53,330 nt of DNA, taken from the NCBI GenBank assembly GCA_018376005.1, contig JAHACE010000001.1, positions 1 to 53,330 of the forward strand. The letters are read 5' to 3'. Position numbers and translations under genes: made by a program. Source of the stretch: Atopobium sp. GTDB lineage: Bacteria > Actinomycetota > Coriobacteriia > Coriobacteriales > Atopobiaceae. This document shows, piece by piece, positions 17,189 to 27,051 of the stretch (positions are counted from its first letter, which is position 1; the number at the start of each line of letters is the position of its first letter). The notes beneath the pieces are model-generated. The model was not told the DNA's origin, searched no databases, and saw nothing but the letters and a program-made list of their open reading frames with translations.

Positions 17189-20083
17189 TTATGCGCGCTT
17201 CTTCTGAGCTTTTTTCTCTGCAGCTAGACGTGCATTATCACGGTCTAGAATCTCTTTGAGGAACTTGCCGGTGTGACTTTCTGAAGTTGCCGCAACCTTT
17301 TCTGGCGTACCGGAAACAACTACCGTTCCTCCGCCATCGCCACCCTCTGGACCCATATCAATAATACGGTCAGCCATCTTAATGACATCCAGGTTGTGCT
17401 CAATAACAAGAACGGTGTTACCCGCATCAACAAGACGCTCAAGAACAACAATAAGCTGCCTGACATCCTCAAAATGAAGACCAGTTGTTGGCTCATCCAA
17501 AATATAAAGAGTTTTACCAGTCTGCTGACGGTGAAGCTCTTTTGCAAGCTTAACGCGCTGCGCCTCGCCACCAGAAAGCGTAGTTGCAGGCTGGCCAAGA
17601 TGAATGTAGCCAAGGCCTACATCGTGGAGAGTCTGCAGCTTGTTCTTAATGCGAGGAATGTTTGCAAAGAACGCAAGTGCCTCGTGAACAGTCATGTCAA
17701 GGACGTCAGAGACAGACTTGCCGTGATAGAGAATCTCGAGCGTCTCACGGTTGTAGCGCTTACCGTGGCAGACCTCGCAAGGAACATAGACGTCAGGCAG
17801 GAAGTTCATCTCAATCTTGATCTGGCCGTCGCCCTTACAAGCCTCGCAGCGGCCTCCTTGGACGTTAAACGAGAAACGACCAGCTGAGTAACCACGAGCA
17901 CGAGACTCTGGAACTGAAGCGTACAGCGCGCGCAGGTCATCCCAAAGGCCAATATAGGTTGCTGGATTAGAACGAGGCGTTCTTCCAATAGGACTCTGGT
18001 CAATATCAATGACCTTATCGATAAGATCGACGCCTTCAAGCTTTTTATACTCTCCCACCACACGCTTTGAATGCTGAACGGCATTGGTAAGCGCGGGCGC
18101 AAGGGTGTCGGTAACCAAAGAAGACTTACCAGAGCCAGAAACACCTGTGACTACTGTCAATGTGCCCAGCTCGATAGCGGCGGAAACGTTCTTAAGGTTG
18201 TTAGCGCTTGCTCCTGTAATCTTGATTTTTCCGCGACCAGGCTTACGACGAGCCTCTGGCAGCCTAATCTGCTTCTTTCCCGTGAGATAAGCGCCCGTAA
18301 TAGAATCGGGGTTCTTGACAATCTCTTCTGGGGTTCCAGCCGCAACAACGTGACCACCAAGCTCACCGGCGCCAGGGCCCATGTCAATAACGTAATCAGC
18401 TGCACGAATGGTATCTTCATCGTGTTCAACCACAAGTACGGTATTACCGCGGTCTCTGAGCTGCTTGAGGGTCTCAATAAGACGGTTGTTGTCTCTTTGA
18501 TGCAGACCAATGGAAGGCTCATCCAGAATGTAAAGGACGCCCATGAGGCCGGCACCAATCTGAGTTGCCAAGCGAATACGCTGGGCCTCTCCACCAGAAA
18601 GCGATGCTGCTGCGCGAGAAAGCGTGAGGTAATCCAAGCCAACGTTTACCAAGAACTGTAGCCTTGCCACAATCTCTTTGACAATAGGACCTGCAATGAC
18701 CTTCTGACGGTCAGTAATAGTCAGCTGCTTAAAGAACTCCAATGACTCCTTACAAGAGAGCTCACAGACCTCCCAGATGTTCTTCTCGCCAATCGTAACG
18801 GAGAGAATCTCTGGCTTTAAGCGGGCGCCGTGGCAGGTAGTACAGGGCATCTCGCGAATGTACTTCTCAAGATGCGTCTTCATATTCTCTGACGTGGTCT
18901 CTTGATACTTGTCAAAAAGGATCTTTCTGACGCCAGAGAACGTGGTGAACCAGTGTGTATTACGGCCGTCTCGCGTCTTGTAGTCAACGCGAATCTTAGT
19001 TGAACCAAGACCACCGAGAAGGGCGTCTTGTACCTTCTTTGGTAGCTTATTCCAAGGCGTTGTATCAGACACGTCAAAATGCTTGCAGACTGCAGACAAA
19101 ATCTGAGGATAGTAGTTTGAATGGCCAAAGAGACTTCCAAAAACGCCCTCTGATACGGACAGTTTTGGATCTGCAATCAGTGCTGCAGCATCAATAATTT
19201 TACGAGTTCCTAGACCATCGCAGTCAGGACAGGCGCCGTAAGGAGCGTTGAAGGAGAAATCACGAGGCTGCAGGTCATCCATGGAGTGACCGTGAATAGG
19301 ACAAGCAAGCGCCAGCGAATACTGCAAGAGCTCTTCTGGCATGGTCTCTGGGTTGGACTTATCGGCCAGGAGCAATATACCTACTTTACCCTGGGCAAGC
19401 TTGGTTGCCTGCTCAACGCCTTCAACAATGCGGCCCAAAGAATCAGGACGGATGACAATACGATCAACGACAACCTCAATATCGTGCTTGAGGGTCTTTC
19501 CCAGCGTGATTTCTTCATCAAGTTCACGCACAACGCCGTCAACACGAACGCGAGAAAATCCTTCTTTTCGCAGATCTTCAAAGAGCTTGACGTACTCGCC
19601 CTTGCGACCCAAAACAACAGGAGCCAGGACATAGGCTCTACGTCCCTGACCAGCCTCGAGAATTTTATCGGCAACCTGATCGGTTGTCTGGCGCTCAATA
19701 ACGCGACCGCACTCAGGGCAGTGAGGAGTACCCATGCGAGCATACAAAAGACGCAGATAGTCGTAGATTTCTGTTACGGTACCCACGGTAGAGCGAGGAT
19801 TTCTGGAAGTGGTCTTCTGGTCAATGGACACCGCAGGAGAAAGGCCATCAATAGAGTCAAGGTCTGGCTTATCCATCTGTCCCAAAAACTGACGGGCATA
19901 GCTGGACAAAGACTCAACGTAGCGGCGCTGTCCTTCTGCGTAAATGGTGTCGAAGGCAAGGCTTGACTTGCCCGAACCAGAAAGACCCGTAATAACTACC
20001 AGCTGATCACGAGGGATATCAATATCAATGTCTTGCAGGTTGTGCTCTCGTGCGCCACGGATAGCAATTTTGCTTGAAGCCAT
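17189..20083 (-). CDS. uvrA: Excinuclease ABC subunit A
   Basis: GAREHNL, GLSGSGKSS, two LSGGEAQR signatures, Zn fingers. Confidence 0.98.
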   Translation of the reverse strand: MASSKIAIRGAREHNLQDIDIDIPRDQLVVITGLSGSGKSSLAFDTIYAEGQRRYVESLSSYARQFLGQMDKPDLDSIDGLSPAVSIDQKTTSRNPRSTVGTVTEIYDYLRLLYARMGTPHCPECGRVIERQTTDQVADKILEAGQGRRAYVLAPVVLGRKGEYVKLFEDLRKEGFSRVRVDGVVRELDEEITLGKTLKHDIEVVVDRIVIRPDSLGRIVEGVEQATKLAQGKVGILLLADKSNPETMPEELLQYSLALACPIHGHSMDDLQPRDFSFNAPYGACPDCDGLGTRKIIDAAALIADPKLSVSEGVFGSLFGHSNYYPQILSAVCKHFDVSDTTPWNKLPKKVQDALLGGLGSTKIRVDYKTRDGRNTHWFTTFSGVRKILFDKYQETTSENMKTHLEKYIREMPCTTCHGARLKPEILSVTIGEKNIWEVCELSCKESLEFFKQLTITDRQKVIAGPIVKEIVARLQFLVNVGLDYLTLSRAAASLSGGEAQRIRLATQIGAGLMGVLYILDEPSIGLHQRDNNRLIETLKQLRDRGNTVLVVEHDEDTIRAADYVIDMGPGAGELGGHVVAAGTPEEIVKNPDSITGAYLTGKKQIRLPEARRKPGRGKIKITGASANNLKNVSAAIELGTLTVVTGVSGSGKSSLVTDTLAPALTNAVQHSKRVVGEYKKLEGVDLIDKVIDIDQSPIGRTPRSNPATYIGLWDDLRALYASVPESRARGYSAGRFSFNVQGGRCEACKGDGQIKIEMNFLPDVYVPCEVCHGKRYNRETLEILYHGKSVSDVLDMTVHEALAFFANIPRIKNKLQTLHDVGLGYIHLGQPATTLSGGEAQRVKLAKELHRQQTGKTLYILDEPTTGLHFEDVRQLIVVLERLVDAGNTVLVIEHNLDVIKMADRIIDMGPEGGDGGGTVVVSGTPEKVAATSESHTGKFLKEILDRDNARLAAEKKAQKKRA

Positions 20084-20149
20084 AGTTCCTCACATAACCA
20101 GTTTGACATGCACATTTCTTTTACGCGCCAACTGCCAAACAATAGAAAA

Positions 20150-20199
20150 CAACATCAGTACACACCGATACAATTTGTGCGTACTGATGTTCTAGTATA
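20150..20199 (-). promoter_or_regulatory. uvrA promoter (-10 TATACT) with LexA-like box GAACATCAGTAC, within an inverted repeat
   Basis: Minus strand reads TATACTAGAACATCAGTAC; one mismatch to GAAC-N4-GTTC; second copy CAACATCAGTAC at 20150-20161. Confidence 0.55.
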
Positions 20200-20238
20200 C
20201 CCAAGATAGTGCCGCCAAAACACGGCAAGCGCGCTTCC

Positions 20239-20700
20239 CTATTTAATGCGAACCTTCATCACGGCTTTTTTTAGCTTTGAGCCAGATTTCTCCAGCGTAC
20301 AGCCCGGTTTGTGAGCATCAGATGGAGGTGTCACTAGAAAATCACCAGCGTGCAAGGTAACCCATGTCTCTTCTCCAGGATTGGTGTAAGCACCAAAATC
20401 AGCGTCAGCATTGAACTCACCCTTAAGAACACACTGCTCAAGAGGGGCAACAGCGATGCTTTCGGTGCCAGAAATAACCACATGAATATCAGCGTAAATC
20501 TTATGAGCCTCATAGTCCTTCTCGCCAGGCAAAGCGGGCTCAAACTCCATGACGTTCACAAAAACGTTATCCCCATCAATTTCTGTTTTTCCCAAAGGCA
20601 GCTCATTCAGATTGTGGGTTGCTAGAAACTCCGCAGCACAAGCCATATATTTCTGACCAAAGTCATTCTCAGATAAATTTTTAATTGACGAGAAAATCAT
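20239..20700 (-). CDS. YhcH/YjgK/YiaL (NanQ-like) family protein
   Basis: YEAHKIYADIH, G-x-E, PSDAHKP motifs. Confidence 0.88.
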   Translation of the reverse strand: MIFSSIKNLSENDFGQKYMACAAEFLATHNLNELPLGKTEIDGDNVFVNVMEFEPALPGEKDYEAHKIYADIHVVISGTESIAVAPLEQCVLKGEFNADADFGAYTNPGEETWVTLHAGDFLVTPPSDAHKPGCTLEKSGSKLKKAVMKVRIK

Positions 20701-20818
20701 GTGAACCTCCTACGTTCAGCTAAAGTGCGCCGAAAAGATTATAGCTATCTCGTTTGCCATAAAGTTCTATGGGTAGAATTAAGTAGTTACTGCATACAAC
20801 TGCTACATAAGGAGAGAC

Positions 20819-21667
20819 ATGGCAGACGTAGATATTGATAAAGAAGCGCTTCGTAAAGAGATTGACGCTGCGCTGCATGGCAAAAAGAAAGAGCCACAGC
20901 CACCTGCCGGCTTTGAACTCAATCAACACTCAAGCGTTAAGCACGTTATTGGCGTTGTTTCTGGCAAAGGCGGTGTTGGTAAGTCTTTTGTCACCGGCAT
21001 TCTTGCTACTAACCTTGCTCGCGCAGGTAAGCGCGTTGGTATTCTTGACGGCGATATTACCGGACCTTCAATTCCTCGTATGTTTGGCATCTCTGATGAG
21101 CGCTCTTACGGCGTTGAAGAGCAGCTTATTCCTATCGAGGACGCAAACGGTATCAAGATTATGAGCGCTAACCTGGTGCTTCAAAACGAGACCGATCCTG
21201 TTCTCTGGAGAGGTCCTGTTGTTGCTGGTGCTATCCAACAGTTCTACAGCCAGTGCAACTGGGGTGACCTTGATTACCTGCTCATCGACATGCCTCCAGG
21301 AACAGGCGATGTTGCACTGACCGTATTTCAGTCCCTTCCTGTTGAGGGTGTTGTAATTGTTTCTTCTCCACAAGATCTTGTTCAGATGGTTGTGGGCAAG
21401 GCAGTGCGCATGGCAGAAATGATGCATGTACCTGTACTTGGTTTGATTGAGAACATGGCATATATCACCTGCCCTCACTGTGATGAGCGCATTGAGCCTT
21501 ACGGTCCATCAAAGCTTACCGAGACCGCAGCAGCATTTAACCTCAAGCCTTTGGGACAGCTTCCTATGGATGCAACCTTTGCCCAGATTGCCGATAAGGG
21601 AACCTTTAGCACCGAGCTTCCTCAAGGTCTTGTTCCTGACGCAACACAGAGCGTTCTTGACCTGTAA
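20819..21667 (+). CDS. Mrp/NBP35 (ApbC) Fe-S cluster carrier ATPase
   Basis: SGKGGVGKS, WRGP, DMPPGTGD, ENM...CPHC. Confidence 0.93.
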   Translation: MADVDIDKEALRKEIDAALHGKKKEPQPPAGFELNQHSSVKHVIGVVSGKGGVGKSFVTGILATNLARAGKRVGILDGDITGPSIPRMFGISDERSYGVEEQLIPIEDANGIKIMSANLVLQNETDPVLWRGPVVAGAIQQFYSQCNWGDLDYLLIDMPPGTGDVALTVFQSLPVEGVVIVSSPQDLVQMVVGKAVRMAEMMHVPVLGLIENMAYITCPHCDERIEPYGPSKLTETAAAFNLKPLGQLPMDATFAQIADKGTFSTELPQGLVPDATQSVLDL

Positions 21668-21712
21668 GCCCTAAAAGCTGGTGCTTATACAACACAAAAG
21701 GTAATTCTTACT

Positions 21713-22966
21713 ATGGCTCAAACAACGCGCATTAAAGAACGACAAGCAGCACAGGCTCAGCGTATTAAGCAAGCTCAGGCGTTCATGGTGCCGGACAACA
21801 TTGATGTAGCAATTTTAGGTGGCGGCGCGGCAGGGCTCTGCGCTGCCATCACTGCTGCTGAGGCTCTTGGTGCAAATAAGCGCGTTGTCATCTTTGAAAA
21901 AGCATTGGAGAGCGGCAGGACTATCCTGGCAACAGGAGGCGGGCGCTGCAACTTCACCAATGCAGATTTGAGCTTTGAGAATTTTTCTCATCCAAAGTTT
22001 GTTCAGGCTGTCTGCAAAGACAAGGACACGTTTCTTGCGGACATCCTGGCTTTCTTTAGGTTCAGCGGTCTTGCGTGGGCAACTGAAGACGAAGGTAGAA
22101 TGTACCCGCTTACCAGGCAAGCAAGCTCCATCCAGTCACTGTTGCTCAGACGTGCCCAAAAAGCTGGTGTCCAATTTGCCCTGGGACGAGAAGTAATATC
22201 GGTAAATCCGCAGCACAATGGCTTCACCGTTACCTTTCAAGAATGCTTTGCTGGCGAGAAAACCCACAAGGTCCACGCATCATCGGTAGTTCTAGCCACT
22301 GGCGGGCTCACAACCACAAAACTTGCAGAGAGCCTTAACTTGCAGACCACTTCACTGCGACCTGGACTCTGTGCACTTACCTGCACCCCTGAGCCACCTG
22401 CAAGCCTGGATGGCAAACGTGTCCGTGCGCAGGCAGCTCTTTTAAGAGACGGAGCTGTACTCAAACAGGAATCTGGTGAGCTACTCTTAAGGTCATTTGG
22501 ACTCTCGGGCATCATGATTTTCAACTTGTCTCGCACAGCCCTGCCTGGTGACGTGCTTGAGATTGACCTTCTCCCCCAACTTACGGAAGAGGAAGTTGCA
22601 GCAGCTGTAGAAGCTCACACCACCGACGGTCTTCTCGACCCACAAATTGCCGCCTACCTGAGCGTCAGCAATTCAGTTGAGGCCACGGTTGCCAAGGCTC
22701 ACAAAATAGCATTTACCGTAACAGGTACATCCGCCAAAGTTGTCCCACAGGTTTGTGTTGGCGGTATTTCCGTTGAACAGGTGAGTACAGACACACTTGA
22801 GGCGCGCAGCATTCCAGGTCTGTTTATCGCTGGAGAAGCTCTTGACATTGATGCTCAATGTGGAGGATTTAACCTCTCGTGGGCGTGGAAGAGCGGTATG
22901 GTTGCCGGTCTGGCTGCCGCAAAAAGCGCTGGTCAGAATTGCGAATCTCTGAAAGAGGACAACTAA
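21713..22966 (+). CDS. HI0933/YhiN (BaiN/RdsA) family flavoprotein
   Basis: GGGAAG, TGGGRCNFTN, GEALDIDAQCGGFNLSWAW. Confidence 0.88.
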   Translation: MAQTTRIKERQAAQAQRIKQAQAFMVPDNIDVAILGGGAAGLCAAITAAEALGANKRVVIFEKALESGRTILATGGGRCNFTNADLSFENFSHPKFVQAVCKDKDTFLADILAFFRFSGLAWATEDEGRMYPLTRQASSIQSLLLRRAQKAGVQFALGREVISVNPQHNGFTVTFQECFAGEKTHKVHASSVVLATGGLTTTKLAESLNLQTTSLRPGLCALTCTPEPPASLDGKRVRAQAALLRDGAVLKQESGELLLRSFGLSGIMIFNLSRTALPGDVLEIDLLPQLTEEEVAAAVEAHTTDGLLDPQIAAYLSVSNSVEATVAKAHKIAFTVTGTSAKVVPQVCVGGISVEQVSTDTLEARSIPGLFIAGEALDIDAQCGGFNLSWAWKSGMVAGLAAAKSAGQNCESLKEDN

Positions 22967-22967
22967 C

Positions 22968-24638
22968 ATGCTGGAAGTATCAAACATTAAAGTTCATGTT
23001 GCTCCTCTTCGTAAGCATCCTGCTAAAGAATCAAAGGCGGGGTTTGATGCGCTGCTTCACGCTCTCCGAGTCTCTGCGGATGAGGTTACCTCATATGAGC
23101 TGCATAAACGCTCAATTGATGCGCGTAAAAGAAATGATATTGTTCTTATCCTCACTTACCACGTAAACCTTAAAGGTGGGCCTGCAGCGGAGCAAAAACT
23201 TCTTAACAAGATTCAAGGCAAGCCTGCGGCAAAGCACATTAAGCTTGCTGAGCCAAATACTTTTACGCTTCCCAAAGCGAAGCAACCTGTTCCTTCAGAG
23301 AATCGTCCCGTTGTTGTAGGAGCGGGATGTGCGGGCTTGTTCTGTGCGCTTACGCTTGCCAAAGCTGGCCTCAATCCCCTGCTTATTGAGCGCGGAGATG
23401 ATGCAGCACGAAGAACTGCGGCGGTAGAACATCACAACCAAACGGGTCAGCTAGATCTTGAGAGCAACATCCAATTTGGTCTTGGTGGTGCTGGTACATT
23501 CTCTGACGGCAAGCTCAACACGGGTACCAAAAGTGCTTCTCACCGCTTTATTCTTGAGACTTTTGTAAAAGCAGGTGCACAGAAAAACATTTTATGGGAT
23601 GCAAAACCCCATGTAGGAAGTGATGTTCTTCCCGCCGTTGTGACCAACATTGTCACAATGATTGAAGAGGCGGGTGGAACCGTTGCATTTAGGACAAAAC
23701 TCGCCTCCCTAGAGCGAGCTTCAGATGGCTCTCTTTCTGCAATTCAGGTTGAGAAGACCAATCCAGATGGCTCAACTCAAACTGAAACAATAAAGACTCA
23801 CACAATGATTCTTGCGACTGGTCACTCAAGTAGAGACACGTATGTCATGCTCAAAGACAAAGGTATTTCTATGGAGAGAAAAACCTTTGCTATGGGTGTG
23901 CGAATTGAGCATCTTCAGTCTCAAATCAATAAATCGTTGTACGGTCCCGAGGCAACCAATCCCGTACTTGGAGCGGCCCCCTACAAGCTTTCTGTTCATC
24001 TTCCCTCTGGTAGGAGTGCTTTCTCATTCTGCATGTGTCCTGGTGGCTATGTTGTATCTGCAGCTAGCGAGAAGGGCGGCGTAGTCACAAATGGTATGAG
24101 CTTGTCTGATCGTGCAGGACAAAACGCTAACTCTGGTCTCTTGGCTAACGTCTATCCAGAGGATCTTCCAGGAGATGACGTACTCGCTGGAATTGACCTG
24201 CAACGCAGCTGCGAACAAGCGGCCTTTAAAGCGGGCAGCGGAGCCTATGTTGCTCCTGCTCAGCTTGTAGGCGACTTCCTCAACAAGAAAGCTTCTACTG
24301 GACCGCGCTCGGTAAAACCCACCTACCCACGTGGGGTTACCTGGACCTCGCTTGAAGACTGTCTTCCATCCTATGTCTTAAATACCTTGCGAGAAGCCCT
24401 TCCAGTCATGGACAAAAAACTTCATGGCTTTGCTCATCCCGATGCAGTTCTTACGGGTGTTGAAACAAGATCAAGCTCTCCTGTAAGAATTACCCGCGAT
24501 GAAACAGGACAAAGTATTAACACACCTGGTGTGTGGCCTGTAGGTGAAGGTGCCGGCTACGCCGGTGGCATTATGAGCGCCGCAGCTGATGGCATTAGGA
24601 TGGCCGAGCTTGTAGTAGAGCACTACAACAACGCCTAA
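22968..24638 (+). CDS. Uncharacterised FAD-dependent oxidoreductase
   Basis: [44 protein letters not shown]. Confidence 0.88.
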   Translation: MLEVSNIKVHVAPLRKHPAKESKAGFDALLHALRVSADEVTSYELHKRSIDARKRNDIVLILTYHVNLKGGPAAEQKLLNKIQGKPAAKHIKLAEPNTFTLPKAKQPVPSENRPVVVGAGCAGLFCALTLAKAGLNPLLIERGDDAARRTAAVEHHNQTGQLDLESNIQFGLGGAGTFSDGKLNTGTKSASHRFILETFVKAGAQKNILWDAKPHVGSDVLPAVVTNIVTMIEEAGGTVAFRTKLASLERASDGSLSAIQVEKTNPDGSTQTETIKTHTMILATGHSSRDTYVMLKDKGISMERKTFAMGVRIEHLQSQINKSLYGPEATNPVLGAAPYKLSVHLPSGRSAFSFCMCPGGYVVSAASEKGGVVTNGMSLSDRAGQNANSGLLANVYPEDLPGDDVLAGIDLQRSCEQAAFKAGSGAYVAPAQLVGDFLNKKASTGPRSVKPTYPRGVTWTSLEDCLPSYVLNTLREALPVMDKKLHGFAHPDAVLTGVETRSSSPVRITRDETGQSINTPGVWPVGEGAGYAGGIMSAAADGIRMAELVVEHYNNA

Positions 24639-26875
24639 TGTTTGCCTCTATAGCGTCTGCGAGTTGCGTGAGCGCTGCCTTTTCTAGCACCAGTTTTAAG
24701 CCTCTTGATAACATCATCTGAGGTAGTGCCTTCGAGCTGACTTCTAATGGCAACAATCTGATCTCTGAGTTCTGCTGCATGCTCATAATCCATAGACGCA
24801 GAAGCTTCTGCCATCTCTGCTTCCATTCCAGAAAGCATTGCTTCAACCTCTGTGCGAGGAAGATTTTGTAGCTCTTCAGCAAGCAACTCTGCAGGCATTT
24901 CAAGAATTGATTCTTGCTGCTCTTCAAGCGAATCTTCGTCATCAGAGGCGGTATAGAACTCTCCGTTTTTGCGCTTACGCTTATCAACGTTTTCTGAAGC
25001 TTCAGCAATAAAGCCTGCAATATCCGTAATGGATTTCTTAACGGTCTTAGGTATAATACCGTGCTCTTTGTTAAACGCTTCCTGAATTTCTCGGCGCCTT
25101 TTTGTCTCATCTATAGCAATGCGCATAGAATCAGTGATTTTATCGGCATACATAATGACCTGGCCAGAAGCGTTTCGTGCTGCTCTGCCCATAGTCTGAA
25201 TAAGAGACCTTCTGTTTCTTAAGAAGCCCTCTTTATCTGCATCAAGAATTGCTACAAGAGAAACCTCTGGAATATCAAGTCCTTCTCGCAAAAGGTTAAT
25301 TCCAACCAGTACGTCAATCTTTCCCTGGCGCAAATCTCTAATGATTTCTACGCGGTCAAGCGTAGCGGTATCCGAGTGCATATAGTTGACTTTAATGCCC
25401 TCATCTAGCAGGTGATCTGTAAGATCTTCTGCCATTCTTTTAGTAAGCGTGGTAACAAGAACGCGCTCTTTTTTTGCCACTCTCTCTTTGACCTCTGAAA
25501 TAAGATCATCAATCTGACCTCTTACTGGTCTGACATCAATCTTTGGATCGAGAAGGCCAGTTGGACGAATAATCTGCTCAACCTGTTGCTGGGCAACCGT
25601 CTCTTCGTAGTCTCCAGGAGTTGCAGAGACGTAAATAAACTGTGGAATACGTCCCTCAAATTCGTCAAATCTGAGAGGCCTGTTATCAAGTGCAGAAGGA
25701 AGTCTAAATCCGTGATCTACCAGCGTAACTTTACGAGACCTATCGCCCTCATACATACCTCTTATTTGAGGAACCGTAACGTGTGACTCATCGATAATAC
25801 AAATCATATCTTTAGGGAAATAATCAATGAGCGTATAGGGAGGCTCACCGGGAGCACGCCCATCTAAATGGCGCGAGTAGTTCTCAATACCATTGCAATA
25901 ACCCATAGTCTCAAGCATCTCTAGATCATAGTTTGTCCTCTGAGCAAGACGCTGAGCTTCTAGTAATTTATCGTTTTCTTTAAGCTCTTTAACACGAGCT
26001 TCCATCTCTTCCGAGATGGTTGTAAGAGCATGGGTAATCTTTGGACGCTCAGTAACGTAGTGAGATGCTGGCCAAATTGGAATAGCATCAAACTCTCTAA
26101 GCACTTCTCCCGTAACGTTACTAACCTCTGAAATACTTTCTACTTCATCACCAAAGAACTCAATACGCAGCGGATTTTCTGCATACGGCGGGAACACATC
26201 AACAACGTCTCCACGAACCCTAAACATACCGCGCTGTAGATCGTAATCATTTCTATCGTACTGGACATCAATAAGATCTTTAATAAAATCATCGCGCTCA
26301 AGAGGAACGGATTTATCTACATTAGGTGCAAGACCTGCATAATCTTGAGGGCTACCAATACCATATATACACGATACAGATGCAACTACAATGACATCTC
26401 GTCTAGATAGAAGCGATGAAGTTGCCTGGTGACGGAGCTTCTCTACCTCTTCGTTGATGGAAGCGTCTTTTTCTATGTACGTATCAGACTGCGGAACATA
26501 TGCCTCTGGCTGGTAGTAGTCATAGTACGAGACAAAGTACACAACAGCGTTGTTAGGAAAGAGCTCCTTCATCTCTGAAGCAACCTGTGCAGCCAGTGTT
26601 TTATTGGGCTCCATAATAAGCGTGGGGCGGTTGAGCTTCTCGATAGTTTTAGCCATAGAGAAGGTCTTACCCGAACCCGTAACACCTAAGAGCGTCTGGT
26701 ACCTGAGTCCGTCTTCAATTCCTTGGGCAAGCTTTTCTATTGCCTGTGGCTGATCACCTGCGGGTTCAAAAGGAGATACTACCTGAAGCTTCTCTTCTCC
26801 TGCTTCACGACCAAATCGGCGCAGTTCAGCACCTATATATTCTTTATGTTGATCTTCAGCATGAGATGCATTCAT
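24635..26875 (-). CDS. uvrB: Excinuclease ABC subunit B
   Basis: [18 protein letters not shown] beta-hairpin, DESH, GRAAR, UVR domain. Confidence 0.98.
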   Translation of the reverse strand: MNASHAEDQHKEYIGAELRRFGREAGEEKLQVVSPFEPAGDQPQAIEKLAQGIEDGLRYQTLLGVTGSGKTFSMAKTIEKLNRPTLIMEPNKTLAAQVASEMKELFPNNAVVYFVSYYDYYQPEAYVPQSDTYIEKDASINEEVEKLRHQATSSLLSRRDVIVVASVSCIYGIGSPQDYAGLAPNVDKSVPLERDDFIKDLIDVQYDRNDYDLQRGMFRVRGDVVDVFPPYAENPLRIEFFGDEVESISEVSNVTGEVLREFDAIPIWPASHYVTERPKITHALTTISEEMEARVKELKENDKLLEAQRLAQRTNYDLEMLETMGYCNGIENYSRHLDGRAPGEPPYTLIDYFPKDMICIIDESHVTVPQIRGMYEGDRSRKVTLVDHGFRLPSALDNRPLRFDEFEGRIPQFIYVSATPGDYEETVAQQQVEQIIRPTGLLDPKIDVRPVRGQIDDLISEVKERVAKKERVLVTTLTKRMAEDLTDHLLDEGIKVNYMHSDTATLDRVEIIRDLRQGKIDVLVGINLLREGLDIPEVSLVAILDADKEGFLRNRRSLIQTMGRAARNASGQVIMYADKITDSMRIAIDETKRRREIQEAFNKEHGIIPKTVKKSITDIAGFIAEASENVDKRKRKNGEFYTASDDEDSLEEQQESILEMPAELLAEELQNLPRTEVEAMLSGMEAEMAEASASMDYEHAAELRDQIVAIRSQLEGTTSDDVIKRLKTGARKGSAHATRRRYRGKH

Positions 26876-26922
26876 GAGATTCTCCTTTTCTTGTGAAAGT
26901 AGTATACCCCACTTCTCAAAAC

Positions 26923-26938
26923 TGAAACACTTGTTCTA
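26923..26938 (-). promoter_or_regulatory. LexA (SOS) box upstream of uvrB
   Basis: TAGAACAAGTGTTTCA = GAAC-N4-GTTT, over the -35 region of a promoter with -10 TATACT (26906-26901). Confidence 0.65.
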
Positions 26939-27051
26939 TACTATTTATAAATTGCAGTATAGTTTCAATGTGTGACGGGTAATAAATACATTACCTATAT
27001 GCGTTAAACTAGCATTTAAATAAACAAGTTACATCAGATAAAGGAGATACC

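Noticed and set aside
24635..24638. 4-bp convergent overlap of uvrB and the FAD oxidoreductase
   Set aside because: Common shared-stop arrangement
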